Shown: positions 10,092-20,756 of the stretch, one piece after another
Layout: every line of letters begins with the position of its first letter
Numbering within the stretch: the stretch's first letter is position 1
Assembly (NCBI GenBank): GCA_964291295.2
Contig: OZ219754.1
Location: 288,001-352,000 of the forward strand
Reading direction: 5' to 3'
From: an uncultured Candidatus Binatia bacterium
GTDB taxonomy: Bacteria > Desulfobacterota > Binatia > UBA9968 > JAJDTQ01
DNA length: 64,000 bases
Notes under the pieces: generated by a model
Seen by the model: only the letters and a program-made list of their open reading frames with translations
Database searches by the model: none
What the model was told of the DNA's origin: nothing
Program-made: the position numbers and the translations under genes

Positions 10092-11345
10092 ATGGGAAAT
10101 TCCAACGGACGCAGAGTGGTCGTTACCGGAATGGGAATGCTGACGCCCCTGGGCATCGGCGTGGACGCCAACTGGGCGGCGATTCAGGCGGGGCGCTCGG
10201 GCATCGGCCCCATCACCCGCATCAAGGACATCGAATCGTTCTCGAGCCGCATCGCCGGCGAGGTCGACGACTTCAACCCACAGGACTTCATTGATGCGCG
10301 CGAAGTCAAGAAGATGGACCTGTTCATGCAGTACGCGCTGGCCGCGGCCCAACTGGCCGTCGAGGACAGCGGGTTCGAGGTGGACGGCGACCAGGCGTTC
10401 CGGGCCGGATCCATCGTGGGCGTGGGCTTCTGCGGCATCGCCACCATCGAGCACTACCACGAAGTGTACCTGAAGCAGGGGCCGCGCAGGATCTCCCCCT
10501 TCTTCATCCCCAAGGTCATCTCCAATCTGGCACCGGGACAGATCGCCATCCGCTACGGCCTGAAGGGGGTCAACTGGACGCCGACATCGGCCTGCGCCTC
10601 GGGCAACAACGCGCTGGGAGAAGCCTTCCACCTGATTCGGGACGGCCGGCAGGATGCGGTCATCGCCGGCGGAACCGAGGCTGCCACGACTCCCCTGGGA
10701 CTGGGCGGGTTCAGCGCCATGAAAGCGCTGTCCACGCGCAACGACGAGCCCGAGCGGGCCAGCCGGCCCTTCGACAGGGAGCGGGACGGATTCGTCATGT
10801 CGGAAGGCGCGGGCATGCTGGTGCTGGAGGAGCGCGAGCGCGCCCTCCGCCGAGGCGCCCGGGTCTACGCCGAGATCATCGGCTACGCCACCAACGGCGA
10901 CGCCTATCACATCACCTCCCCGGCGCCGGAGGGAGAAGGAGCCGCCCGCTGCATGGCGCTGAGCCTCGAAGACGCCGGCATCGCGGCCGGGGACGTGGAC
11001 TACATCAACGCCCACGGCACCTCGACCCCATACAACGACGCCAACGAAACCACGGCCATCAAGGCGGTCTTCGGCGACCACGCCCGCGCCCTGGCCATCA
11101 GTTCCACCAAGTCCATGACCGGCCATCTGCTGGGCGCGGCCGGTGCGGTGGAGGCCATCTACAGCGTGCTGGCGCTCCATCACGGCGTGCTTCCGCCCAC
11201 CATCAACTACGAGACGCCGGACCCCGACTGTGATCTCGACTACGTACCCAACCAACCGCGGCAGGCGGACGTCGGCATCGCCCTTTCCAACTCCTTCGGA
11301 TTCGGCGGCACCAACGCGTGTATCCTGTTCAGGAAGGCGACATGA
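10092..11345 (+). CDS. fabF: Beta-ketoacyl-ACP synthase II
   Basis: SACASG, YINAHGTST, KSMTGHLLGAAG, NSFGFGGTNA. Confidence 0.95.
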   Translation: MGNSNGRRVVVTGMGMLTPLGIGVDANWAAIQAGRSGIGPITRIKDIESFSSRIAGEVDDFNPQDFIDAREVKKMDLFMQYALAAAQLAVEDSGFEVDGDQAFRAGSIVGVGFCGIATIEHYHEVYLKQGPRRISPFFIPKVISNLAPGQIAIRYGLKGVNWTPTSACASGNNALGEAFHLIRDGRQDAVIAGGTEAATTPLGLGGFSAMKALSTRNDEPERASRPFDRERDGFVMSEGAGMLVLEERERALRRGARVYAEIIGYATNGDAYHITSPAPEGEGAARCMALSLEDAGIAAGDVDYINAHGTSTPYNDANETTAIKAVFGDHARALAISSTKSMTGHLLGAAGAVEAIYSVLALHHGVLPPTINYETPDPDCDLDYVPNQPRQADVGIALSNSFGFGGTNACILFRKAT

Positions 11346-12337
11346 CACAGACAACACCGCGCAGCGTCATACGGGGTACGGGTTCCGCCGTTCCCTCCAC
11401 GGTGGTCACCAACGACGACCTGGCCCGAATCGTCGACACCAGCGACGAGTGGATCACCGCCCGAACGGGCATCCGGGAACGCCGGGTGCTGGAACAGGAC
11501 CAAGCCGCTTCGGACCTGGCGCGTAGCGCCTCGGAGCAGGCGCTGGACGATGCCGGCATCGACGCCGCCGACCTCGACGCCATCATCGTGGGCACCTGTA
11601 CGGCGGATTACCAGTTTCCCAGCCTGGCATGCGTGCTGGAAGCCAAACTGGAGGCGAAGAACGTCTTCTCGTTCGACGTCAACGCCGCCTGCTGCGGTTT
11701 CCTGAACGCCCTGTCGGTGACGGACATGTTCATCCGCTCCGGGCGTATCCGCAATGCCCTGGTGGTGGGCACCGACGTGCTGAGCCGCTTTCTCGACTGG
11801 CAGGATCGCAGCACCTGCATCCTGTTCGGGGACGGCGCCGGCGCCGCGGTGCTGAGCGCAAGCGACAACGGCGACCGCGGCATCCTCAGCAGCAGGCTGC
11901 AGACCGACGGCTCCCATGCCGAGACCCTCTACATACGGGCCGGCGGCTCCAAGAAGCCGGCGACCCTGGAGACCGTGGAGAAACGGCAGCACTCGATCTA
12001 CATGAACGGCAAGGAGGTCTTCAAGGTGGCGGTGCGGTCCATGGAAGAGATCAGCCGCCAGGTGCTTGCCGAAGCCGGCCTGGGCGTGGACGACGTCTCC
12101 CTCGTGGTGCCCCACCAGGCCAACCGCAGGATCATCACCGCCCTGGCCTCGCGGCTCGAAATCCCCATGGAGAAAGTCATCGTCAACGTGGACAAGTACG
12201 GCAACACGTCGGCGGCGTCCATCCCCGTCGCTCTGGACGAGGTGCGGCGGGAAGGCCGCATCGCCGACGGCGATGTGGTTCTGCTGAACGCTTTTGGCGC
12301 CGGCTTCGCCTGGGGCGCCGCGGTCATCCGGTTCTGA
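11342..12337 (+). CDS. fabH: Beta-ketoacyl-ACP synthase III
   Basis: DTSDEWITARTGIRERR, AACCGF, VPHQAN, GNTSAAS. Confidence 0.95.
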   Translation: MTQTTPRSVIRGTGSAVPSTVVTNDDLARIVDTSDEWITARTGIRERRVLEQDQAASDLARSASEQALDDAGIDAADLDAIIVGTCTADYQFPSLACVLEAKLEAKNVFSFDVNAACCGFLNALSVTDMFIRSGRIRNALVVGTDVLSRFLDWQDRSTCILFGDGAGAAVLSASDNGDRGILSSRLQTDGSHAETLYIRAGGSKKPATLETVEKRQHSIYMNGKEVFKVAVRSMEEISRQVLAEAGLGVDDVSLVVPHQANRRIITALASRLEIPMEKVIVNVDKYGNTSAASIPVALDEVRREGRIADGDVVLLNAFGAGFAWGAAVIRF

Positions 12338-12367
12338 CCGCGCTCCCCGGGGAATCGACGCCTTCAC

Positions 12368-13234
12368 GTGATCCCGGCCGAAGCCTTCGCCCTCGCCTGC
12401 GGCCTGTTCACGGCCATCAATCTGACCCTCCTCAAGAAGGGGTTGGCACACGGCAACACCGTCACCGCCATTGTCATCTCCCTGGCCATCAACGTGGTGT
12501 CCTTCTGGAGCTTCGTCCTGGTGGTGTTCCCGTGGGACCAGATCCTGCGCCCGGGGCTGCTGGTCTTCGTACTGGTGGGGCTGATCCAGCCCGGCGGCAC
12601 CCGCTACCTGGCCTACCTGAGCGTGGAGAAGGTGGGCGTCGCGGTGACCGCGCCGCTCCGGGCCACCACACCGCTGTTCTCGTCGCTGATGGCCATCGCC
12701 GTGCTGGGGGAGCAACTCACGCCGGCAGTGGGGGCGGGAACGGCGCTGGTGTTCGCCGGCGTCACCCTGCTGAGCCTGCGCGAGGAGAAAAACGGCGGCT
12801 GGATGAACATCCTGGTCACGCTGCCGCTCCTGAGCGCCTTCGTGGCCGGCTCCACCCAGGTCATCCGCAAGATCGGTCTGGCACAGATCAACCTGCCGAT
12901 CCTGGCGGCCGCGGTCACCACCGGCACCTCCCTTGCCGCCGTGGCCCTGTCGCTGACCGTCTCGCGGAAGTGGTCCACCCTCGACTTCAACCGGGACTCC
13001 CTGGGCTACTTCATGCTGGCGGGCTGCGCCGTGACCCTGGGCGTCGCCAGCATCTACATGTCGCTGTATCTGTCGGACGTGGTCATCGTCGCGCCCCTGG
13101 CGAGCCTCAGCCCGCTCTACAGCCTCGTGCTCTCCGCCATCTTCCTGCGCGAGGTCGAGGTCATCACCGTCCGGCGGGTGGCCGCCGCCGTCCTGATCGT
13201 GCTGGGCGTGGTGCTCATCACCGCGATCCGCTGA
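12368..13234 (+). CDS. EamA/DMT-family transporter
   Basis: ~10 hydrophobic helices in two repeated halves, ...LREE/FLRE ends. Confidence 0.85.
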   Translation: MIPAEAFALACGLFTAINLTLLKKGLAHGNTVTAIVISLAINVVSFWSFVLVVFPWDQILRPGLLVFVLVGLIQPGGTRYLAYLSVEKVGVAVTAPLRATTPLFSSLMAIAVLGEQLTPAVGAGTALVFAGVTLLSLREEKNGGWMNILVTLPLLSAFVAGSTQVIRKIGLAQINLPILAAAVTTGTSLAAVALSLTVSRKWSTLDFNRDSLGYFMLAGCAVTLGVASIYMSLYLSDVVIVAPLASLSPLYSLVLSAIFLREVEVITVRRVAAAVLIVLGVVLITAIR

Positions 13235-13364
13235 AGGGCATCCGGCAGGGGAGCCCGAAGCCCGGAGGGAAGCCGCGGGAGGAGGGCCGGCCGGCTGTTG
13301 AAAGTTCGCGCCCGGGGAGTCACATTCCGCAGAAAGTCACATTCCGCAACCAGGGAGGCCGAGA

Positions 13365-13997
13365 ATGAAGAAGATATTCGCCGGGCACGTTCCCGCCAAC
13401 AGCGGCTGGTCCGGGGATCTCAGGCAGGGACAGACCATCCGCATCATCGCCATGTCCACGGTGGACTTCGTGGTGCTGGACCGGCACAACCTGCGGGAGC
13501 GTTTCGACCAGGCGCGCACCAAGGTCTACAACGGCAAGCTTTTCCTGAGCACCGGCGACAAGCTGATGTCGCGGGACAATCACCACTTCATGACCATCGT
13601 GGCGGATACCTTCGAGGAAGGGACCCACGACCTGCAGAAGGGCATGTGCAGCGGGCGCCGCTTCCAGTTGGCCAGGGAGGAGGGGCGGCTGCGCGAGTAC
13701 TACCACCGGGACTACCGGGACGACGAGATCCCGGACCATGGTTGCTGGGAGAACCTGTCCCGGGCGCTGGCGCCCTACGACATCGCCCCCGAAGACATCC
13801 CGAACCCCTTCAACATCTTCCAGCACATGATCATCGACGGCAGCACCGGACTCATGCGGCACACCACCGTCCGGCCCAAGCGTCCGACCCATGTGGACAT
13901 GCGAGCGGAGCGGGATCTGCTGGCGGCGTTGAGCGCGTGCCCGGACATGCCGGTGGGCGGCAAACCGGTGGACGTGGAGATCCACGAAGCGGACTGA
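13365..13997 (+). CDS. DUF1989 / urea carboxylase-associated family protein
   Basis: VDFV, HDLQKGMCS, HGCWENL, PFNIFQ, LSACPD. Confidence 0.85.
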   Translation: MKKIFAGHVPANSGWSGDLRQGQTIRIIAMSTVDFVVLDRHNLRERFDQARTKVYNGKLFLSTGDKLMSRDNHHFMTIVADTFEEGTHDLQKGMCSGRRFQLAREEGRLREYYHRDYRDDEIPDHGCWENLSRALAPYDIAPEDIPNPFNIFQHMIIDGSTGLMRHTTVRPKRPTHVDMRAERDLLAALSACPDMPVGGKPVDVEIHEAD

Positions 13998-14124
13998 GGA
14001 CGCCGGAAGCGGCAGCGCGCCACCCGGAGGCGCGCCGCCGCGGGCGGAGCGTGTCCGCGGTTTCCCCGCGGGACCGCGGGGTTCGGGAATAGTCCGGCGG
14101 TCCGGGGATTCCTTCCGCGGCCCG

Positions 14125-14793
14125 CTACTCGAATCCCATGCGGCGGCCCCAGTTGGAGGGATCTTTGAGGAAATCGACGATCTGGTCCCGGCTCTCCTGG
14201 GAGAAGAAACGCGTTTCCTCGCCGGCGCTCAGGACGTCGTCCCAGTTGGACAGGGCGTGGAGGCTGATGTCGTGGCCGCCCAGGTTCTTCTTCCCCTCGT
14301 GCAGGTCCAACTCGTCCGAACTGTACTCGAAGACGCACAGGCAGTGCGTGATGCGCGCCTTCTGGGCGCGAACGCCGATGTTGAAGCGGAGCTTGCTGAA
14401 GCCGTCCGTCACCAGGTCTTCCACGAGCGTGACCCGCTGCCCCTCGCCGAGCACCCCTTCGATCTGGTTGGTGTGCCCGTAGCCCTTGGGATTCTTGCGG
14501 ATGTAGATCATGGGCTTGCGCAGGTAGTGGGACACGAACGCGGCATAGGGAATGCCGGCGGTTTCGCCGCCGGCCACCACATCCATGTTGTCGAGACCGA
14601 TGTCGCGGCGGGCGATCTGGGCCAGCGCCTCGAGGATCTCGTCCCGGGCTTCCGGAAAGGACAGCAGCCGGCGGCAATCGATGTACACCGGCGAGACCCT
14701 GCCCGAGACGAACACGAACGGCCTCTGGTCGTAAACCTGTATGGATTGCGTGCTCAGCAGCAACTGCGCGATTCTCTTGCCGGTTTCTGACAT
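14125..14793 (-). CDS. pyrE: Orotate phosphoribosyltransferase
   Basis: SGRVSPVYIDCR, AGGETAGIP, IRKNPKGYG, LVEDLVTDG. Confidence 0.85.
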   Translation of the reverse strand: MSETGKRIAQLLLSTQSIQVYDQRPFVFVSGRVSPVYIDCRRLLSFPEARDEILEALAQIARRDIGLDNMDVVAGGETAGIPYAAFVSHYLRKPMIYIRKNPKGYGHTNQIEGVLGEGQRVTLVEDLVTDGFSKLRFNIGVRAQKARITHCLCVFEYSSDELDLHEGKKNLGGHDISLHALSNWDDVLSAGEETRFFSQESRDQIVDFLKDPSNWGRRMGFE

Positions 14794-15007
14794 GAAAGCG
14801 GCTCCTCAAGGCCCGTCGGGCGGGCGCACGGTCCGCGGGCGGGGTCCATGGACCGTGCGGTCCCGCGGACCCGGCCGGCTCTGCGGGGCCGGCGGTTCCA
14901 GAATGATGGTTTCAGGGTGGCGGTTCCAAGGCTCGTCCGGTGACGTTTCCTAACATGGCCGGCGGCGCTTTGCCACACGTTGTTCCAAGCCGCCGTTTCC
15001 TGTTACC

Positions 15008-16300
15008 ATGCCTTCCTCTCCCGATCGGATGCGTGTTCGGATGGATGTCCCCGAGATCGATCGAAGCAGGCTGTTGCGGGATCTGAACGCGGTCTCCCGC
15101 ATCGGCTTGGGCGAGGGCGGCTCGGTCACCCGGCTGGTGTTCTCGGTGCACGAGTTGCGCGCCCGCCAGTTGCTGGTCCACCTCATGGACCAGGCGGGTC
15201 TTGAGGTACGCGTGGACGCCGTCGGCAACATTTTCGGACGCTTGGCCGGGGCGCGGACAGGCCCCGCGGTGCTGGCCGGCTCCCACCTCGACTCGGTCAT
15301 CCAGGGAGGACGATACGACGGCCCGGTCGGCGTCATCGGCGCCCTCGAGGCGGTGCGGACCATCGGCGAGAGCGGCCTGCCCTTGCCTGTGCCGCTGGAA
15401 AGCGTCTGCTTTGTCGGAGAGGAGTCGAGCCGCTTCGGCTTCGCCACGCTGGGCAGCAGCCTGGTGGCCGGGGACGTCACCGTGGACGACTTCACCCACG
15501 CCGTGGACGCCGGCGGCAACCGGCTCGAGGACGTGCTGTCGAGCCTGGGCATCCACCGGGAGAACCTCGATTCGCTGAAACGCGACCCCGGGACCGTCAA
15601 GGCCTACCTTGAGCTTCACATCGAGCAGGGTCCCGTGCTGGAATCGAGAAAGAAGAAGATCGGCGTCGTCAACGCCATCGCCGCACCCAGCCGGTTCAGG
15701 GTGATCTTCAAGGGGCAGGCCGACCACAGCGGCACCACGCCCATGGAGATGCGCCGGGACGCCCTGGTGGCGGCGGGACACCTCATTACCTACGTCGACG
15801 AGGTCTGCCGGGAACACGCCGCCGCGGACGCGGGCCGGGTGGTGGGCACGGTGGGCACGGTCAAGGCGGAGCCCGGGGTCATCAACGCCATACCGGGGCG
15901 GGCCGAATTGCAGGTGGACGTGCGCAGCATCACGCCGGCCTCGAAGCGCAAGGTGGCCGGGCTGATCAGGAAGCGAGTCCGGCGCATCGCCCGGGAGCGG
16001 GGCGTTACAGCCGAAATCCTCACCATCCGGGAAGAGGAACCGGTGCCGATGCACCCGCGCGTCATCGCGCTGCTCCGCGGCATGTGCGAGTACCGCGGCG
16101 TTCCCTTCGAGGTCATGCCGTCGGGCGCCGGCCACGACGCCATGCAGATGGCCAGGATCACCCCCGCCGGCATGATTTTCATACCCAGCACCCGCGGGGT
16201 GAGCCATAACCCCGCGGAGTGGACCGACCCCGAGGACATCTGCCTTGGCACCCAGCTTCTGGTGGAGGCCCTGCTGAGAGCCGCACATGCAGACATCTAG
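15008..16300 (+). CDS. M20 Zn-dependent N-carbamoyl/ureido amidohydrolase (allantoate amidohydrolase/beta-ureidopropionase-like); start uncertain (15008-15041)
   Basis: GSHLDSV..GG.YDG, GEESSRF, ELHIEQGP, SGAGHDA, SHNPAE. Confidence 0.9.
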   Translation: MPSSPDRMRVRMDVPEIDRSRLLRDLNAVSRIGLGEGGSVTRLVFSVHELRARQLLVHLMDQAGLEVRVDAVGNIFGRLAGARTGPAVLAGSHLDSVIQGGRYDGPVGVIGALEAVRTIGESGLPLPVPLESVCFVGEESSRFGFATLGSSLVAGDVTVDDFTHAVDAGGNRLEDVLSSLGIHRENLDSLKRDPGTVKAYLELHIEQGPVLESRKKKIGVVNAIAAPSRFRVIFKGQADHSGTTPMEMRRDALVAAGHLITYVDEVCREHAAADAGRVVGTVGTVKAEPGVINAIPGRAELQVDVRSITPASKRKVAGLIRKRVRRIARERGVTAEILTIREEEPVPMHPRVIALLRGMCEYRGVPFEVMPSGAGHDAMQMARITPAGMIFIPSTRGVSHNPAEWTDPEDICLGTQLLVEALLRAAHADI

Positions 16301-16832
16301 ACCGGCCCGGACGAAGCGCGTGCTGGGCGCGACGCAGATCAGGCGAATCCTCGCGGGCTTTGCCCGCCGCATCTTCGAGGACCACGGCGACGCCGGTCCG
16401 CTGGCGTTCGTCGGCATCCGCACCCGGGGACCGACCCTGGCCCGCCGGGTGGCGGCAGCGCTGAAAGCGGAGCAAGGCCTGTCGGTGCCCGTGGGCGAAC
16501 TCGACGTCACGCTCTACCGCGATGACCTGGACACGCTGCTGCCCAAGGGACGCATCGACGCCACCCGCATCTCCTTCGAGATCGCCGGCAGGACGCTGAT
16601 CCTGTTCGACGACGTGCTCCAGACGGGCCGCACGGTGCGCGCCGCCCTGGACCACCTCATGGCCCTGGGCCGACCCCGGACCATCGTCCTGGCCGTACTG
16701 GTGGACCGGGGCGGACGGGAACTCCCCATCGAGGCCGGTCTCGTCGGCAAGACGGTGCCGCCGTCGAAAGGCGGGGAGGTGCGGGTGAGACTCGCGGAAA
16801 TCGACAAGGCCGACGAGGTCTTGCTGGCTTGA
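16287..16832 (+). CDS. pyrR: PyrR regulator / uracil phosphoribosyltransferase
   Basis: VGIRTRG, LDVTLYRDD, DDVLQTGRTVRAALD, DRGGRELPI. Confidence 0.9.
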   Translation: MQTSRPARTKRVLGATQIRRILAGFARRIFEDHGDAGPLAFVGIRTRGPTLARRVAAALKAEQGLSVPVGELDVTLYRDDLDTLLPKGRIDATRISFEIAGRTLILFDDVLQTGRTVRAALDHLMALGRPRTIVLAVLVDRGGRELPIEAGLVGKTVPPSKGGEVRVRLAEIDKADEVLLA

Positions 16833-16982
16833 TCGGCCGGCTTGCCTGGCACCTGGACAGGATGCGGGGGATTTCCCGGCTGGCCCTTGACAACCCATGC
16901 CGATACCCGTATTAGGCATGGATTCCATCGTTGGGCAGGGGTTCCGTCGGATCGGAGTCCTTTCCCGCGCCCGTCCCGTTCC

Positions 16983-17813
16983 ATGAGCACTCCACAGGAA
17001 ATACCTCTCGAAGAAACCGGCGAGTCATCGTTCACCACGTCCGTGAAAGCGGTCTACAACCGCCACCGCATCGGGATCAATTTCAGCCTGTCCACGGTCC
17101 TGGCACTGTTGGTGTGGGAGTTCGTCGACTTCGTCTTCAACGATCCCGACTTCTTCACCGGACCCGTCGCGGTGATGATCGAGTACGGCGTGCTGATCCA
17201 CGAGCCGCGCTTCTGGGAGCATGTGCGCTACAGCGGCACCGAACTGGTGTACGGTTTCGCCCTGGCCGTGGCGCTGGGAGTCCTCATCGGCTCGGCGGTC
17301 GCCTTCAGCCGCACCCTGGACGAGATGTTCTCGCCCATCCTGGTGGGGCTTTACGCCACGCCGCGTTCGGTGGCCGCGCCGCTCTTCATCATCTGGCTGG
17401 GGCTCGGCATCGCCTCCAAGGTCGGCGTCATCACCCTCGCCTCGGTCTTCCCGGTGATCATCAACACGCAGGCCGGCATCAAGAACGTCCAGGGCGAGTT
17501 CCGCATGCTGGGACGGGCCTTCAACATCTCCTTCTGGTCCATGCTGGTGAAGATCATCGTGCCCGGGTCGCTGCCGTTCCTGATCGCCGGTCTGAGGCTG
17601 GGCTACTCCCGGTCGGTGGTCACCATCATGGTGGCCGAGTTGTTCGGAGCCGAGGCCGGCATCGGCTACATGATCGACCAGGCGACACAGACATTCCACG
17701 TCGCGGAGATGATGGTGGGCATCTCGCTGCTGACGATCATGGGCATCGCCGGCAACGAGATGCTGAAGTTCATCGAGCGCTGGGCCACCCCTTACAGACA
17801 GACCATGGTCTAG
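16983..17813 (+). CDS. ABC transporter permease (NitT/TauC-like)
   Basis: TM helices, KIIVPGSLPFLIAGLRLG, VAELFGA..GIGY. Confidence 0.9.
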   Translation: MSTPQEIPLEETGESSFTTSVKAVYNRHRIGINFSLSTVLALLVWEFVDFVFNDPDFFTGPVAVMIEYGVLIHEPRFWEHVRYSGTELVYGFALAVALGVLIGSAVAFSRTLDEMFSPILVGLYATPRSVAAPLFIIWLGLGIASKVGVITLASVFPVIINTQAGIKNVQGEFRMLGRAFNISFWSMLVKIIVPGSLPFLIAGLRLGYSRSVVTIMVAELFGAEAGIGYMIDQATQTFHVAEMMVGISLLTIMGIAGNEMLKFIERWATPYRQTMV

Positions 17814-17837
17814 GTCGAGGGAGCCGGAAGCAGACCC

Positions 17838-18623
17838 ATGAACGCATTGTTGAAGATCTATCAGCGGCAGCGCAGATGGATGAACGCCGTCTTCGGCCTC
17901 GCCATCGTCACGGTGTTCTGGACCTTCGCCAACTGGCAGGTGAACAGCGAGCTGTTCTTCGTGGGGCCGTGGCGTGTCGTCACCTACACCTACGGACTCT
18001 TCGCCAGCGGCGAGATCATCGACGACCTGCGGATCAGCGGCATCGAGTTCTTCCTGGGCTATGGCGTGGCCGCGGTCACGGGCGTCGGCCTGGGCATGGT
18101 TTTCGGCATCAGCCGGGTCTTCCGGGAGTTCTTCGACCCTTGGCTCAGCGCCCTCTACGCCACACCCTCCGTGGCCCTGGCCCCGCTCATCATCATCTGG
18201 TTCGGCGTGGACCTCACAGCCAAGATCGTCATCGTGCTGATCACCGCGGTGGTACCCATCGTGCTGAACACCTACACGGGCGTACTGAGCGTCGGCAAGG
18301 AGTTCCAGACCCTGGCCCATTCCTTCTGCATTCCCAGGAACGAGATTCTCTACAAGATCCTCATCCCCGGTTCGCTCCCCTACATCGTGACGGGGCTGCG
18401 CCTCGGCATCTCCCGCGGCATCGTGGGAGTCGTGGTGGGAGAGTATTTCGGCGCCTATGCGGGACTGGGCTATCAACTGTTCAAGGGACTGGATACCTTC
18501 AACATGCCGCTGATGATGTCATGCGCGGTTATGCTGGCCGGTGCCGGCGTGGTGTTGAACCAGGTAATCCTGATGGTCGAGCGGCGGATGGCGCCCTGGC
18601 GCGATTCCCAGTTGCAGGAGTAG
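17838..18623 (+). CDS. ABC transporter permease (NitT/TauC-like)
   Basis: KILIPGSLPYIVTGLRLG, VVGEYFGA..GLGY. Confidence 0.9.
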   Translation: MNALLKIYQRQRRWMNAVFGLAIVTVFWTFANWQVNSELFFVGPWRVVTYTYGLFASGEIIDDLRISGIEFFLGYGVAAVTGVGLGMVFGISRVFREFFDPWLSALYATPSVALAPLIIIWFGVDLTAKIVIVLITAVVPIVLNTYTGVLSVGKEFQTLAHSFCIPRNEILYKILIPGSLPYIVTGLRLGISRGIVGVVVGEYFGAYAGLGYQLFKGLDTFNMPLMMSCAVMLAGAGVVLNQVILMVERRMAPWRDSQLQE

Positions 18624-18626
18624 TTC

Positions 18627-19418
18627 GTGTCTTCATCGATTCAGGTAGAACAGATCCACAAGACCTTCGTGAAACCCACCGGAGAGACCGTTCACGCGGT
18701 GGGCGGCGTCGACATGGACCTCCGCCCCGGGACGTTCTATTCGTTCGTGGGGCCCAGCGGCTGCGGCAAGACCACGCTGTTGCACATGATCCACGGGCTG
18801 GTGCCGCCCACCCGGGGGCGCATCCTGCTGGACGGGGTGGAAGTCGCCGGCCCGACACCCAACAAGGCCGTCGTGTTCCAGCAGGCGCTCCTGTTGCCTT
18901 GGCGCACCGTCATCGACAACATCCGGTTCGGCATCGAGAACGACCGCACGAAATCCGCCGCCGAGAAGCTGGATATCTGCGAAAAATACACGCAGGTCGT
19001 CGGTCTGCGGGGCTTCGAGAGCCACTACCCCCATGAACTGTCCGGCGGCATGCAGCAGCGCGTGAACCTCGCCCGGGCGCTGGCGGTGGATCCCGAGATC
19101 CTGCTGATGGACGAACCCTTCGCCTCCCTGGACGCTCAGACTCGACTGCTCATGCAGGAAGAGCTCCAGCGCATGATCGACTGGAAGAACTCGGGCAAGA
19201 TCGTGGTCTTCGTCACCCACGACATCGAGGAAGCGGTGTTTCTGTCCGACGTCGTGTTCTGCTTCAGCTTCAGGCCGGGTACGATCATGAAAGAGATCAA
19301 GGTGCCCTTCCCCACTCCCCGCACCCTGAGAGTCAAGGAAGAACCCGAATTCCTGCAGATCAAGCACGACATCTGGGAGCTGCTGGCGGACGAGGCGCGC
19401 AAGGCCATGGAGGAATAG
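18627..19418 (+). CDS. ABC transporter ATP-binding protein
   Basis: GPSGCGKTT, LSGGMQQR, LLMDEPF, VTHD. Confidence 0.95.
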   Translation: MSSSIQVEQIHKTFVKPTGETVHAVGGVDMDLRPGTFYSFVGPSGCGKTTLLHMIHGLVPPTRGRILLDGVEVAGPTPNKAVVFQQALLLPWRTVIDNIRFGIENDRTKSAAEKLDICEKYTQVVGLRGFESHYPHELSGGMQQRVNLARALAVDPEILLMDEPFASLDAQTRLLMQEELQRMIDWKNSGKIVVFVTHDIEEAVFLSDVVFCFSFRPGTIMKEIKVPFPTPRTLRVKEEPEFLQIKHDIWELLADEARKAMEE

Positions 19419-19582
19419 CCGACGGTTTGCCAGGCCGGCATCGTTGTCGGACCGCACTCCGGCCTGGTGGAACAAGGCGTGGACACAGAAGCAAGGAGTC
19501 ACGGATTGCCCCGGAGCCGACGGCGCCGGAAGCAAACCTTTGTCAGGCGCTGCACCGCAGCCGTTAACCAAGGAGGAGACTC

Positions 19583-20608
19583 ATGAGGCGCAAGTCTAAC
19601 ATCCCAAGGGGAATCGTGGTGGCGCTGGCAGTCGCGGGACTGCTGCTGGGCGGCCATGCGTTCGCACTGGAAAAGCTCCGCATTCCGGTGGCGCAGACCA
19701 GCTCGACGACGTCGCTGGTGGAGCAGGTGGCGATCCACAAGGGTTTCTTCAAGGACATCGGCTACGACGCCAAGGTCTATTCCGTATCGGGCGGTGAGAA
19801 TGCCGCCGTGCTGGCGCTGGAGCGGGGTCAGCTCCCTTTCTTCGGGTCTGACGACAACATCGCGCTGGCCATTCGACCGGGCAGCAACATTCGCATCGTC
19901 GGCACCGAGGTGAACACCCTGCCCTACTGGCTCGTGGGCGGGAAGCACGTCAAGTCCTACAAGGATCTGCCGCGGCCGGTAAAGGTGGGCATCAGCTCTC
20001 CCACGTCCGGCAACGTCTATGTTTCCCTCAAGCTGCTGCAGAATGCGGGCATCCCGGAGAAGGATGTGCGCCTGGTGAAGGTCGGCGGCTCGTCGGCGCG
20101 GCTGGCCGGCGTCAAGGCCGGCAAGATCGACGTGGGCTCGCTTACCTTCGGCAAGATGCTGCTGGCGCGGGAGGCGGAATTGACGGTTCTCGGCTCGGCA
20201 AGCCAGTTCGTCAAGGAATACGCGTTCCTGCAACTCGCCATGAACAAGACGTTCATCAAGGACAACCCCGAGAAGGCCACCGCCCTGTTCGGCACGCTCA
20301 TTCGCTCGTGCGCCTACATCAACGACCCGGCGAACGGTGAAGAGATACTGCACGTCTACCAGGACGTGATGCGCAACAAGCCGAACATCGCCAAGCAGAT
20401 GTACGAAATCGAGATCGTCGACGGAAAGGCCATCCCCGATCGCTGTCAGGCGACCGCGGCGGGCATAAAAGCGTACATTGATTCGGCCTTCTGGACCAAG
20501 TCCATCGCGGCGGACACGGAGATTCCGCCGATGGACCAGATCATGTTCCCGGAGTTCTACGCCCAGGCGCTGGCCTGGTACAACAACAAGGGCTGGATGA
20601 AGAATTAG
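19583..20608 (+). CDS. ABC substrate-binding protein (NMT1/SsuA-like)
   Basis: Signal peptide ending AFA; KGFFK..G, VGGSSARLA; follows the ABC genes. Confidence 0.85.
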   Translation: MRRKSNIPRGIVVALAVAGLLLGGHAFALEKLRIPVAQTSSTTSLVEQVAIHKGFFKDIGYDAKVYSVSGGENAAVLALERGQLPFFGSDDNIALAIRPGSNIRIVGTEVNTLPYWLVGGKHVKSYKDLPRPVKVGISSPTSGNVYVSLKLLQNAGIPEKDVRLVKVGGSSARLAGVKAGKIDVGSLTFGKMLLAREAELTVLGSASQFVKEYAFLQLAMNKTFIKDNPEKATALFGTLIRSCAYINDPANGEEILHVYQDVMRNKPNIAKQMYEIEIVDGKAIPDRCQATAAGIKAYIDSAFWTKSIAADTEIPPMDQIMFPEFYAQALAWYNNKGWMKN

Positions 20609-20756
20609 GCCCGCCCGCAGCCCCGGCGCACCGACAGAAGGGACCCTTCCGATGTCACGGGACATGGGGAGGGTTCCTTTCCTTTCAACCTTTCCCGGCA
20701 CCCCGCCGCACACCGGACCGTCGCACGCCGAGCCTTCGCAGGTTCCAGGCGAGTCG

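Noticed and set aside
13231-13283. Guanidine-I (ykkC)-like riboswitch upstream of DUF1989 (CGGAGGGAAGCCGCGGGAGG)
   Set aside because: Resembles only the 3' stem, lacking the A-rich loop and the 5' CUAGGGUUCCG core; probably GC-rich coincidence (cmscan would settle it)
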